IMG/VR virus record: IMGVR_UViG_2713896776_000007
Location: 1-22,230 of that record
Direction: 5' to 3' (one strand)
DNA from: a virus
Lineage: Duplodnaviria; Heunggongvirae; Uroviricota; Caudoviricetes
Length of the DNA: 22,230 bases
The position numbers and the translations under genes were made by a program. Under the pieces are notes generated by a model. The model did not search any database. It saw only the letters and a list, made by a program, of their open reading frames with translations, and was not told the origin of the DNA. Numbering within the stretch: the stretch's first letter is position 1; each line of letters begins with the position of its first letter. Below, in pieces: positions 1 to 8,191 of the stretch.

Positions 1-270
1 ATGGAAAATCTACTTTTTGTGATGTGTTGGATTAAAGATCATCATGTGATGTCATTAGCTTTTGGCGTCTTATCTGCAATTTTATGGATTAAATCTGCTA
101 CAGCAAAAGTTGAGTTAGGCAAAAAAATTGTCATGGTTACGTATGAAGATCCCGAACTTAACGTGAATCTCCATGATTTCTTCGCCACTGCGCGGCTTCA
201 ATCTAAGTACAATTCATTTGCAGCATTGTCTGCAGCAGCAACCGCGCTATTCCAGATTATTGGTTTGTAA
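1..270 (+). CDS. hypothetical small hydrophobic protein (89 aa); ORF begins at the window edge and may be 5-prime partial
   Basis: Open frame from nt 1 to TAA at 268-270. Two hydrophobic stretches (VMSLAFGVLSAILWI and FAALSAAATALFQIIGL). AT-rich, convergent with the cargo operon. No RBS can be assessed at the window start. Confidence 0.3.
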   Translation: MENLLFVMCWIKDHHVMSLAFGVLSAILWIKSATAKVELGKKIVMVTYEDPELNVNLHDFFATARLQSKYNSFAALSAAATALFQIIGL

Positions 271-407
271 TGCTTACCAGCCCCAAATTAATCAATACCC
301 AGTGGTATTAGCAATGTCCATTTCAAGTACATACGTTCTTAAGACATTTGGGCACTGTCATGTCTGTCGGGGAGGAGGTTAAAATCCTCTCGTGCAAAAT
401 TTCTTAG

Positions 408-770
408 CTAGAGAATACAAAGAACATCATCTGGTGTTAACACAGAGTCTTCTACGTACTCAGGGTGGTTACGTAATACATCTCTCTGATGTCTCAAGAT
501 CTGCGCTGGAATTTCTTGCTCATCCACAATTTTGGCAGTATCCAGCAAAATACTGCCACACCTTATTTCCAGCGAAACAAAGCGATTCCACTCTGGACCA
601 TTAGAACACAAAAGGTCAAACAAAACCTCACCTGTAGCCTGTGAATTGCCCAGTATAACAGAAAGCCTCTTCTCGATTTCGTGAACTGAAGTCAAGGGGT
701 TCTCGTAGCCAGTCGCCATAACGACGGCAATGAGAGCCCCTGAGACGTTAACACCTGTTATTTCAAACAA
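408..770 (-). CDS. rnlB: RnlB/LsoB-like antitoxin candidate (120 aa), second gene of the cargo operon
   Basis: TTG start at 770 preceded by AAGGA about 8 nt upstream. The 8-nt overlap TTGTTTGA contains the TGA stop of the upstream gene, so the two are translationally coupled. Size and position match the RnlA-RnlB arrangement (toxin first, about 120-aa antitoxin second). Assignment rests on architecture only. Confidence 0.45.
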   Translation of the reverse strand: MFEITGVNVSGALIAVVMATGYENPLTSVHEIEKRLSVILGNSQATGEVLFDLLCSNGPEWNRFVSLEIRCGSILLDTAKIVDEQEIPAQILRHQRDVLRNHPEYVEDSVLTPDDVLCIL

Positions 771-1833
771 TATACAAATCCTTAATAATTCCCCATGCCT
801 GTCTGGCCTTAGTCATCAGTCGTGCCATGTCAGAAACCATACGGCTTGTGTCGACAACTATCTCCATATGAAACAGGCCATGACGTTCTCTGTTAAAGAA
901 AGTATAGGCATCATTAATGGTCTTAACCTTAGCTGACGATAAATTGCATCCAAATTGTTGTTTCAGAATAAATTCACTCCCAATTTTATCAAAATAAGGC
1001 CCGAAACCATCCTGCGTGATTGGCATGCCATATCGGTACATTGTTGATTTAAGTACTCCCTCAACTGAACGTAATTCAGGATACAACAACATACAGTAAT
1101 CGGGTAAATCGGGGGCGGCGAGTTTAACACACAGCCCAGAAACGAGCAATTTTTCAACATTCTTATGCAATAGTGGGTACGCATCCCCCATTTCACACTC
1201 TAGATGTGAGCGAGCAACTTCTTTCTGAACTATATACGCTTTGCCATCATCCTGACGAATGAGAACTTTTTCCAGTCCTTGTAAATCGAGTAGCTCTGAC
1301 AAGTTGAATATAAACACTCTATAACATGACAATGGACGCCCTTGTATTTGTAGTGTTCCATTTCTGTGATGCAGACTAACTGTCAACTCATCCTGAAATT
1401 CTGGCGAATGAATTTTCCACACCGTTGTATGAGTGTTCCGTAAGTATTCGTAAAATTGTATATGTGGCTGCTCTGCTGAGAGCTGAAGTACAGATAAAAC
1501 GTTCGCTTCAACGAACCCTTGTAACACCATATTTACCTGTTCAAATTCTGCAGGATTGATGGTTTCATAGAGATCATCAGCCAACTCTTTTCCAAGATTA
1601 TGATTAGCTCCTGTTTGATACTGGACTGTAGACGTCCCTCCGTTATTATAGAAAATGTTAACAGTTGCCAAAGCTTCTCCTGGTTTAGCAAACACAACCC
1701 GAAGTCCTGCTCTTGCACCAGGCATTGGTCCAATTGAATGGACGGAATAGTTTTTATTTTCAATAAATGCCCTAGACGTAGCCTCAATAGTTGTCCGATC
1801 TAAATTTAAATTAGTGTAGTTCCTGACTGTCAT
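763..1833 (-). CDS. rnlA: RnlA/LsoA-like HEPN endoribonuclease toxin candidate (356 aa from ATG at 1833; the ORF stays open up to 1944)
   Basis: C-terminal Rx4-6H HEPN-type motif NRERHGLFH. Counting from the ATG at 1833, R255 and E258 (LRSVEG) and R317/H322 fall at or within one residue of the catalytic positions I recall for E. coli RnlA (R255, E258, R318, H323; 357 aa). Followed by an overlapping gene of about 120 aa. AT-rich. Not verified by alignment. Confidence 0.55.
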   Translation of the reverse strand: MTVRNYTNLNLDRTTIEATSRAFIENKNYSVHSIGPMPGARAGLRVVFAKPGEALATVNIFYNNGGTSTVQYQTGANHNLGKELADDLYETINPAEFEQVNMVLQGFVEANVLSVLQLSAEQPHIQFYEYLRNTHTTVWKIHSPEFQDELTVSLHHRNGTLQIQGRPLSCYRVFIFNLSELLDLQGLEKVLIRQDDGKAYIVQKEVARSHLECEMGDAYPLLHKNVEKLLVSGLCVKLAAPDLPDYCMLLYPELRSVEGVLKSTMYRYGMPITQDGFGPYFDKIGSEFILKQQFGCNLSSAKVKTINDAYTFFNRERHGLFHMEIVVDTSRMVSDMARLMTKARQAWGIIKDLYIV

Positions 1834-1842
1834 TTGCTTAAC

Positions 1843-1871
1843 CCTATAAAAAACTTTAGCAAACTCTACAA
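1843..1871 (-). promoter_or_regulatory. candidate sigma70 promoter for the cargo operon
   Basis: On the minus strand, TTGTAG then 17 nt then TATAGG, ending about 9 nt before the ATG at 1833 (short leader). Hexamers are imperfect. Confidence 0.25.
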
Positions 1872-1892
1872 TATAGCCCCTCTTTAGTCTAA

Positions 1893-2255
1893 TCAGGCGC
1901 TGTATCCTGAAATCGGGTACCGATAATATCCCTCCTGCAGCCATGTGTTGGTGTTAACAAGATACTGTGTATCAATTGAATCCGTCAGATTGCAAAAGTT
2001 GATGCCTCTTTCGCGCAGTTCCTCCACCAGCACGACAAGATGCCGCATACTGCGCCTCAGTCGATCCAGTTTCCAGACCACCAGCGTATCACCTGCCGAT
2101 AATGTCCTGAGCAGTTTTTTCAGTCCCGGCCTTTCGGACTTTGTACCGCTTATCTTGTCTTCAAAAATCAGCTCGCATCCTGCACAGTTCAGCGCATTAC
2201 GTTGTAGATCTGTGTTCTGGTCATTTGTTGACACACGTACATAGCCAATAAGCAT
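1893..2255 (-). pseudogene. pin: Pin/Gin/Hin-family serine DNA invertase, 3-prime truncated (N-terminal catalytic domain only)
   Basis: MLIGYVRVSTNDQNTDLQRNALNCAGCELIFEDKISGTKSERPGLKKLLRTLSAGDTLVVWKLDRLRRSMRHLVVLVEELRERGINFCNLTDSIDT is near-identical in pattern to the Gin/Pin N-terminus, including the catalytic Ser in YVRVSTNDQ. Homology ends after SIDT (about nt 1968); the remaining 24 codons are unrelated and the C-terminal DNA-binding domain is absent. Confidence 0.8.
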
Positions 2256-2281
2256 GGTAGATCTCCCTGACAAAAGCAGGA

Positions 2282-2815
2282 ATGATGCCATTTGCGCGTT
2301 ATTTCTGCATTTTCATAAACGTTGGTTTGGGAGAAGGCTCTGCATTACCGGTTGGGGTGCCTGTTCCGTGGCCTTCAGCCACTCCGCCAACAGGCTGGCT
2401 GAAATGCAATGGTGCGGCTTTTTCTGCTGAAGAATACCCGGAACTGGCAAAGGCTTACCCGACCAATAAATTGCCTGATTTACGCGGTGAATTTATTCGT
2501 GGCTGGGATGACGGACGTGGAGTGGATAACGGAAGGGGATTATTAACGCTTCAGGACGGTGCGATTGTCAGTCATAACCACTATTGGGGAATCTGGACTT
2601 CACGAACTAACGACCAGACTCTGGAAAGTTTTACAGGCACCACGATTTTAAAACAAATCACGCCCCTGTCTCCGGCCATTGACTTCGATAATTACCCAAT
2701 TCCCAACCCGGCTATTACAGAGGGTGGTGTTGTTGCGGCAACGACTAAACCTGCTGGTGCGAATGAAACACGCCCACGAAATGTCGCTTTTAACTATATT
2801 GTGAGGGCTGCATAA
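2282..2815 (+). CDS. alternative (currently silent) tail-fibre C-terminal variable segment, Sv-prime/StfE-like
   Basis: Contains the tail-fibre receptor-binding signature GVPVPWPSATPPTGWLKCNGAAFSAEEYPELAKAYP...LPDLRGEFIRGWDDGRGVD. Lies inside the invertible segment in opposite orientation to the expressed fibre. Real coding likely starts at the crossover site (GLGE codons near 2323). Confidence 0.7.
   Translation: MMPFARYFCIFINVGLGEGSALPVGVPVPWPSATPPTGWLKCNGAAFSAEEYPELAKAYPTNKLPDLRGEFIRGWDDGRGVDNGRGLLTLQDGAIVSHNHYWGIWTSRTNDQTLESFTGTTILKQITPLSPAIDFDNYPIPNPAITEGGVVAATTKPAGANETRPRNVAFNYIVRAA
2310..2335. other. invertase crossover site (hix/gix-like), left end of invertible segment
   Basis: TTTTCATAAACGTTGGTTTGGGAGAA. 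Its right 14 bp (TTGGTTTGGGAGAA) are identical to the inverted partner at 4213..4238. Confidence 0.55.
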
Positions 2816-3417
2816 TGAATAACGCAGAATTAAACAGTGAATTAATTGCCACTATGGCAGGAGAAATTACTGTTTATAACTTTGATGTCATGAGTCGGGA
2901 ATATATTTCAGCTTCAACTGAATATCTTGCTATTGGTGTCGGCATTCCGGCATATTCCTGTTTAGATGCCCCAGGCGCATACAAAGCTGGTTATGCAATC
3001 TGCCGTTCTGCAGATTTTAACTCATGGGAATATGTGCCAGACCATCGCGGTGAAACGGTCTATAGCACCGAAACAGGAGAATCAAAAGAAATCACCGCTC
3101 CGGGTGATTACCCTGAAAATACAACCACTATCGCCCCATTAACGCCATATGATAAATGGGATGGTGAGAAATGGGTGACGGATACCGAGGCACAGCATAG
3201 CGCCGCAGTAGATGCAGCAGAAGCACAGCGCCAGTCGCTGATTGATACTGCAATGGCGTCCATCAGTCTGATTCAACTGAAATTGCGGGCCGGACGTAAA
3301 CTGACGCCGGCAGAAACAACCCGGCTTAACGCTGTGCTGGATTACATTGAGGCGGTGACGGCAACAGATACCAGCACCGCGCCGGATGTCATCTGGCCTG
3401 AACTGCCGGAGGCGTAG
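2815..3417 (+). CDS. tail fibre assembly protein (U-prime/TfaE-like), 200 aa
   Basis: Start overlaps the stop of the preceding fibre segment (ATGA coupling). C-terminal ...DTSTAPDVIWPELPEA is typical of Tfa chaperones. Confidence 0.8.
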   Translation: MNNAELNSELIATMAGEITVYNFDVMSREYISASTEYLAIGVGIPAYSCLDAPGAYKAGYAICRSADFNSWEYVPDHRGETVYSTETGESKEITAPGDYPENTTTIAPLTPYDKWDGEKWVTDTEAQHSAAVDAAEAQRQSLIDTAMASISLIQLKLRAGRKLTPAETTRLNAVLDYIEAVTATDTSTAPDVIWPELPEA

Positions 3418-3841
3418 GCCATTCAATATCTGGTGCACTGGAGGTATCAACCAGCTCCAGTGCATCCAGATAATCCAGCCACAAATTATATTGCGCCAGT
3501 TCCTCACCTTTCAGACGACCAATAGCGGCTTTACCGGGCCATTGCTTACTGTTCATGTATTCGTTGGCCTGGTTAATTAGTAGCTGTCTTTCTGATTCAG
3601 TAATTTCAATAAGCTCTTCATGCGTGGGTGGAGGAATATCTGCCCACGCAGGCAGCCCATCATCTCCGGCAATACGGATTTTTCCTTGTGGCGGTTCAGC
3701 CATAAACTCACTGATAATATTCTGATTTACTTCCTTAGCGTCTGATAAATCCCATCCCTCTGATTTATATTTATCAATCATATCCACAGGAAAAAAAGCA
3801 TTATGCCTTGCGCTATAAACATATTCGTTCATATAAATCAC
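3389..3841 (-). CDS. tail fibre assembly protein (U/TfaP-like), about 147-150 aa
   Basis: MNEYVYSARHNAFFP N-terminus and DTSSAPDIEWPTPP C-terminus are typical of Tfa. The 3-prime end overlaps the convergent Tfa gene. True start may be the internal ATG at 3832. Confidence 0.8.
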   Translation of the reverse strand: MIYMNEYVYSARHNAFFPVDMIDKYKSEGWDLSDAKEVNQNIISEFMAEPPQGKIRIAGDDGLPAWADIPPPTHEELIEITESERQLLINQANEYMNSKQWPGKAAIGRLKGEELAQYNLWLDYLDALELVDTSSAPDIEWPTPPAVQAR

Positions 3842-3852
3842 CCTGAATAAAA

Positions 3853-4515
3853 TTACTCACCAACAGCCCACCAACTGTAATTCATCGATACCGTGTCGCT
3901 GGTTGATGACGTTCTGTAAGCAGAATTAAAACCGGTTAACGTTGGGTCTTCTGCCGTCATCACGAACCCTCGCCCAGCGCCTAAAGGCGCACCGCCATCA
4001 CCAGAATGAGTAAGCATGGCGCAGTCCGCTTTTTTGGGGAAAGGGATGCTGAATGTAATTCTCATTGTTTGCGTCGATAATGTCGGCGTAACCGCACCTC
4101 GACCATATTGCAGGATTTTACCGTTGGGTAATTTCATCCATCCATCACCACTGGCAAAAGAAGCCATGTCCGGTATCTGATTTTCCCCTGTCCCCACATC
4201 CCGTTTTGCCGCTTCTCCCAAACCAAGGTTTTCGAGAGCCGTTTTCACCGTGCCGTCCGATTTGATATCGCCAAACGGATTCTTGCGGCTTAACAGCAGC
4301 GCGCGAAGTGCGGTAAGCAACTGGTCATGCCTCCCCTTCTCCAGGCTGGTACCGGATGCCTCCACCACGCTGCAAAGCTCCTCCTGCAACATGTCAAAGT
4401 AGTCATCATCCAGATCGGTGGCAGGTGTGCCGGTCTGGGGGTTACCACGGGTAAAACCGTTCTTACCCGCGCCGAACTTATCCTTCTGCGCGGTTTTCGT
4501 GTCTATACGATGCAT
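3853..4515 (-). CDS. tail fibre protein (expressed orientation), StfP-like, 220 aa
   Basis: N-terminal [14 protein letters not shown] resembles the conserved fibre N-terminal attachment motif. The crossover site lies within the gene at the GLGE codons. Immediately downstream of the gp48-like gene. Confidence 0.75.
   Translation of the reverse strand: MHRIDTKTAQKDKFGAGKNGFTRGNPQTGTPATDLDDDYFDMLQEELCSVVEASGTSLEKGRHDQLLTALRALLLSRKNPFGDIKSDGTVKTALENLGLGEAAKRDVGTGENQIPDMASFASGDGWMKLPNGKILQYGRGAVTPTLSTQTMRITFSIPFPKKADCAMLTHSGDGGAPLGAGRGFVMTAEDPTLTGFNSAYRTSSTSDTVSMNYSWWAVGE
4213..4238. other. invertase crossover site (hix/gix-like), right end of invertible segment, inside the expressed fibre gene
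   Basis: Plus strand TTCTCCCAAACCAAGGTTTTCGAGAG closely resembles Hin hixL as I recall it (TTCTTGAAAACCAAGGTTTTTGATAA). Inverted relative to 2310..2335. Confidence 0.55.
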
Positions 4516-4518
4516 GGA

Positions 4519-5103
4519 TTACTCCGGATATTTAAAAATTACGTAGGTATGCGACGGGCAGAGTTTGTTAAGCACACACTCGACTACGGTGTCGCCCCAG
4601 ATACGCAGTGCGGAATCACAGGGATCGCCACATGTCATCCAGGTGGTGTTGGTGGCGGCTGGCATGTTGACCTGCCAGTAATACCGCCATTCCGGCGCAT
4701 TCACCGCGTCAGTACAGGCAGATGAGCAGGTGAACGTGCTTTTGTCGTATCGCGTGATGGTGGCGTCTGGTCTGCCCAGGGCAGCAAGCTGTGCAAGGTA
4801 AAAATCCTCATTGATGCCGCCCGCCAGATTAACCTTCGCATCCAGCCGTTGCTGACGCTGGCGAAGGGTCTGCGTCCCTGCCGGAATACATTCATCCGGC
4901 AGGCCGCACAGACGCTCCCAGCGATTTATCAGTTCGGTGGTGGTGCGCGGATCCAGCTCCCGCATCAGGGCATCCGCACGCTGATGAACACGGGTTAATG
5001 AAGGTGCCGCACCGGCAATCGCCGGATCGCTGGCTGACCACGCCGGACCGGGCGGCAACAGTGCCGATAACAGGCGGATGTAATCATCGTTTGTCACGTC
5101 CAT
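4519..5103 (-). CDS. baseplate/tail protein, YmfQ / Mu gp48-like (DUF2313-type), 194 aa
   Basis: Same length as e14 YmfQ (194 aa) and same position between the baseplate J-like gene and the tail fibre. Confidence 0.65.
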   Translation of the reverse strand: MDVTNDDYIRLLSALLPPGPAWSASDPAIAGAAPSLTRVHQRADALMRELDPRTTTELINRWERLCGLPDECIPAGTQTLRQRQQRLDAKVNLAGGINEDFYLAQLAALGRPDATITRYDKSTFTCSSACTDAVNAPEWRYYWQVNMPAATNTTWMTCGDPCDSALRIWGDTVVECVLNKLCPSHTYVIFKYPE

Positions 5104-6152
5104 GAAATCGTCCCCAGTACCGCCAGTTCGTTTTTCGCAATGGAAATATTGTCTGCCGGTGCAAGCAACTGATGGCTGTATTCCCCGTTCGCACCGGAAA
5201 TCGCCTCACTGATACGCGATACCTTCAGTTCTCCCTGCGGATAACCATCACGCAGCAGGAACGAACGCAACTCCGCGGTAATGGCAGCCCGTATTTCCGG
5301 TGTGTCCGGCGTCACGCGGATATGAAAATCCACCGTATGCGCCACCGGCCTGAACACATACAAATCAGAGCCTGCCACCGGGGCCAGAGGCCCGATATGT
5401 TGTCTTGCCGCCGTTTCCGTTGATTCTTCCGGAATGGGATTAATCAGGTCACTGCTGGCAATCATCACACCGACAGTTCCCGTTCCCATCCAGTGACGGT
5501 ATGTCCATGCGCGGGTAATGCCGGGCACTTCTTTAGCCCAGACGACATAGTCCCCGTCAGCCCCGCCCTGAAGCGTCCAGTAATACCGCTCAATGACGCG
5601 GGCGCGCCACGTTTCCAGATCTTCAGTATCGAATCCGCCAGTCAGGGTATCTGCAACACCGGAAGACGGCAGACCATTCACCGGCGTGACCAGGATTAAT
5701 GCCGTACCGTCGTCAGCGTTACCGACCGCGCCTGCACTTGAGCAAGTGATCGGCACGCGCAGGACACCACCGGAGCTGGTTGCATCAGCAGTTGCCGTGT
5801 ACTGAACCAGGTCAGCGCGCTGAATCACGCTCCCGGCGGTCACCTTCAGGCCATCGCTGACACCTTCCCAGCGCATATACCCGCTGGCAGCCGTGGCCCC
5901 CTTGCGCGGACACCGTTTCATCGCAGCATGTCGCGCCAGCCAGGACTCATCGCACAGGTCAGGCAGCATGTTCATTGCCAGATAATCGATGTAACCGTAA
6001 ACCGTATGCAGCGCCGCCGCATACACCTTTGCCCGCACGTCTTCATCCATGCGCCGGAGCGTGTCGCTGACGTCCAGCCTGGCGAATAAATCGTTACGGA
6101 GCATACTGATATTTTCTGCCAGCGTCGGGCGCTGAAATTCACTGTCCGCCAT
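5094..6152 (-). CDS. baseplate J-like protein (Mu gp47-like), 352 aa
   Basis: Size and position in the baseplate operon; overlaps neighbours by 10-14 nt (translational coupling). Confidence 0.65.
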   Translation of the reverse strand: MADSEFQRPTLAENISMLRNDLFARLDVSDTLRRMDEDVRAKVYAAALHTVYGYIDYLAMNMLPDLCDESWLARHAAMKRCPRKGATAASGYMRWEGVSDGLKVTAGSVIQRADLVQYTATADATSSGGVLRVPITCSSAGAVGNADDGTALILVTPVNGLPSSGVADTLTGGFDTEDLETWRARVIERYYWTLQGGADGDYVVWAKEVPGITRAWTYRHWMGTGTVGVMIASSDLINPIPEESTETAARQHIGPLAPVAGSDLYVFRPVAHTVDFHIRVTPDTPEIRAAITAELRSFLLRDGYPQGELKVSRISEAISGANGEYSHQLLAPADNISIAKNELAVLGTISWT

Positions 6153-6567
6153 GCGTTATCGCACTCCACAGATCATCAAAAGAAATCATTACCGGTCCGT
6201 CACGACGCCAGAGGGTGATACTGTTACCCAGCTCATTAATCCCGGTGCGGCGGATATCCAGATCAATACGGGACACCACGCCGTCATCAATCATCCATTG
6301 CAGGCATTCGCGGATATACCCCCTTACCGTCTGCACCAGCTGATTGGTCAGTTTGCTGCGCTGAAGCAGCCACAGTCGGGAGCCGTAACGGTCATTCTGT
6401 ACCGCAGGCCAGGTATCCCCCCACCATCCCATCGGGACGTCGGCGTTGTCATCAGGCTCCGCCCGCCGCCAGGTAAACATGGAAATCACCACGGCGCGGG
6501 TCAGCGGATCCAGCGGTGCGCTGGCGCAGGTGCGTTTACCGTTCACCGTCAGCCACAGTTCCATCAT
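6139..6567 (-). CDS. baseplate protein, Mu gp46 / GP46-family (lysozyme-like gp25 type), 142 aa
   Basis: Motifs GWWGD and GSRLWLL are as I recall for the GP46 family. 4-nt overlap with the upstream V-like gene. Confidence 0.6.
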   Translation of the reverse strand: MMELWLTVNGKRTCASAPLDPLTRAVVISMFTWRRAEPDDNADVPMGWWGDTWPAVQNDRYGSRLWLLQRSKLTNQLVQTVRGYIRECLQWMIDDGVVSRIDLDIRRTGINELGNSITLWRRDGPVMISFDDLWSAITHGGQ

Positions 6568-7112
6568 GCCTCCATCGCTTTATCAGGTTTGTCGGTGTTA
6601 CTGCCCTGACCGTTCTCTCTGTGACGATGCCCGTTATAGGCAAGCCGCATCGCTGACATGGTAGTGCCGCCGGAGTCGCACAGGTCTTTCACCTGTCCGG
6701 TCACTTCAAGGTCCATTTCAAAACGTGCTCTGGGCGCATTGCGAAACGTGATCGTTTTACCTGCACCGTCCACCACGATCCCCTCCCGGGTCAGCGTCAC
6801 AGACTGCCCCTGATCGTCATAGACAGCCACCTCACCCGTCTGCAGCCCTTTCAGGCGGTAGCGCCGGTCCGACACCGTAACAACCACCGCATGAGAACGG
6901 TCGCCATCCGGAAACAACACCACCGCTTCCGCACCGCTGTTTGCCCTTGCGGTAAAACCGTAGGGTTCAAGATGTTCAACCCCGGCTTTGGGTTCACCGG
7001 CAATCAGGGACACATCCACGGTCTGACATTTCGTGGCGGCGCTGATACTTTTCACCACTGCCCGCCCAATCAGGCCGAGAAGTTGTCGCTGCATGGCTTC
7101 AATCGTCCTCAT
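6564..7112 (-). CDS. baseplate assembly protein V (Mu gp45-like), 182 aa
   Basis: LEPYGFTA...GAEAVVLFPDGDRSHAVVV...RYRLKGLQTGEVAVYDD matches the gpV family signature. Confidence 0.7.
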   Translation of the reverse strand: MRTIEAMQRQLLGLIGRAVVKSISAATKCQTVDVSLIAGEPKAGVEHLEPYGFTARANSGAEAVVLFPDGDRSHAVVVTVSDRRYRLKGLQTGEVAVYDDQGQSVTLTREGIVVDGAGKTITFRNAPRARFEMDLEVTGQVKDLCDSGGTTMSAMRLAYNGHRHRENGQGSNTDKPDKAMEA

Positions 7113-8191
7113 CAGAACGGGTCCTCCTGTACTCTGGCTTTTTTCTTTTTCTGCGCGCCGGGGGCATCGGGTTCAGGCAGATAAGCATCAGGCGGGCCGA
7201 CACGGATTTCCGTCAGGGTGCCGTTCTGGTCCTGAGTAAACGTGACTTCCGAAACAAGCAGTTCGGTATTGTCAAAACCACAGACCGGATCAAAGACAAT
7301 CACCCGCTGGTTGGGCTGCCACAGCGTACCGTTACCCTGTCGCCAGCCCTGCACCACATAGGTGGTTTCATCCGTCCGCGCCGCCCGTTGCCGGGCTTCA
7401 AAGTCAGCACGCGCAATACAGCCAGCCCCCGTGGCCTGCCCTGTCTGCCTGATATACATCGGACGGTAACGGGCAATAAATGCGTCCTCTGTGCGGGCCC
7501 GCAGCGCGGTGGTGGTGGCCTCACCGAAATCATCGTCGTTTCCGGCACGCTGCCCCGCCACCTGGTAAACTGAAAACCGCTCCCGGATACTCTTCTCCGT
7601 ATCGCAGGAAAGGATGTTTTCCCCAAGTACCAGCGCGGTATGTGCCCGCGTTGAGCCAATACCGCCAATCACCAGCCTGCCGTGCGGATCGTCGTAAGCC
7701 AGTGCCTGCTGCTGACCGAGTATTTTGTTGATTACCTCAATCACCGTTTCACCGTGATCAGGCTGAACATCAGGAATAACACCCGACGGCGCACCGCTGT
7801 TCACCACCTCAATGCCGAAAGGCGCAGCAAGCGCCTGCGCAATCTGCACCAGCGAGCGTCCGTTAAACTGTGTCGGTTCGGCTGCACAGTCAATCAGGTC
7901 AGCCGTCAGACTACGTCCGGCAATACCGGTGCTGACCGAACGGGCATCGTAACGAACGGGCGTCGCCTCCACCCAGCCGGTGATCACCAGCTCATCACCA
8001 ATCAGCACCTCCACTTTTGAACCGTTTTTAATGCGCGGCTGAAGCGTGGTGATACCCTCATCACCCGGCCACTGGCGGGTGATCTCCACACTGAAATCCC
8101 GCGCCAGCCGTTCAATACCGGCACCGATGCGCACCGATGTCCAGCCATTCCACTCCCGGCCATTTACCCGTAGCGTGACATTGTCGTTCAT
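7112..8191 (-). CDS. tail/baseplate hub protein (Mu P / gp44-like), 359 aa
   Basis: Position between the DNA-circulation-like gene and the V-like gene; overlapping start and stop with both neighbours. Confidence 0.55.
   Translation of the reverse strand: MNDNVTLRVNGREWNGWTSVRIGAGIERLARDFSVEITRQWPGDEGITTLQPRIKNGSKVEVLIGDELVITGWVEATPVRYDARSVSTGIAGRSLTADLIDCAAEPTQFNGRSLVQIAQALAAPFGIEVVNSGAPSGVIPDVQPDHGETVIEVINKILGQQQALAYDDPHGRLVIGGIGSTRAHTALVLGENILSCDTEKSIRERFSVYQVAGQRAGNDDDFGEATTTALRARTEDAFIARYRPMYIRQTGQATGAGCIARADFEARQRAARTDETTYVVQGWRQGNGTLWQPNQRVIVFDPVCGFDNTELLVSEVTFTQDQNGTLTEIRVGPPDAYLPEPDAPGAQKKKKARVQEDPF

Larger units (their letters stand above)
2310..4238. mobile_element. invertible tail-fibre host-range segment (G/P-region type), probably locked because the invertase is truncated
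   Basis: Bounded by inverted 26-bp crossover sites. Contains two convergent tail-fibre assembly genes and two alternative fibre C-terminal segments, the Mu G-segment / e14 P-region organisation. Confidence 0.6.

Noticed and set aside
173-604. Plus-strand ORFs of 69 and 70 aa (173..382, 392..604)
   Set aside because: They overlap the 89-aa ORF or the minus-strand antitoxin candidate in other frames, with Cys/Arg-rich unlikely translations.
1834-1944. N-terminal 37-codon extension of the cargo toxin ORF (start at 1944)
   Set aside because: No SD before the ATG at 1944, whereas the ATG at 1833 has a promoter-like element upstream and gives residue numbering that matches RnlA catalytic positions. 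The extension is more likely untranslated.
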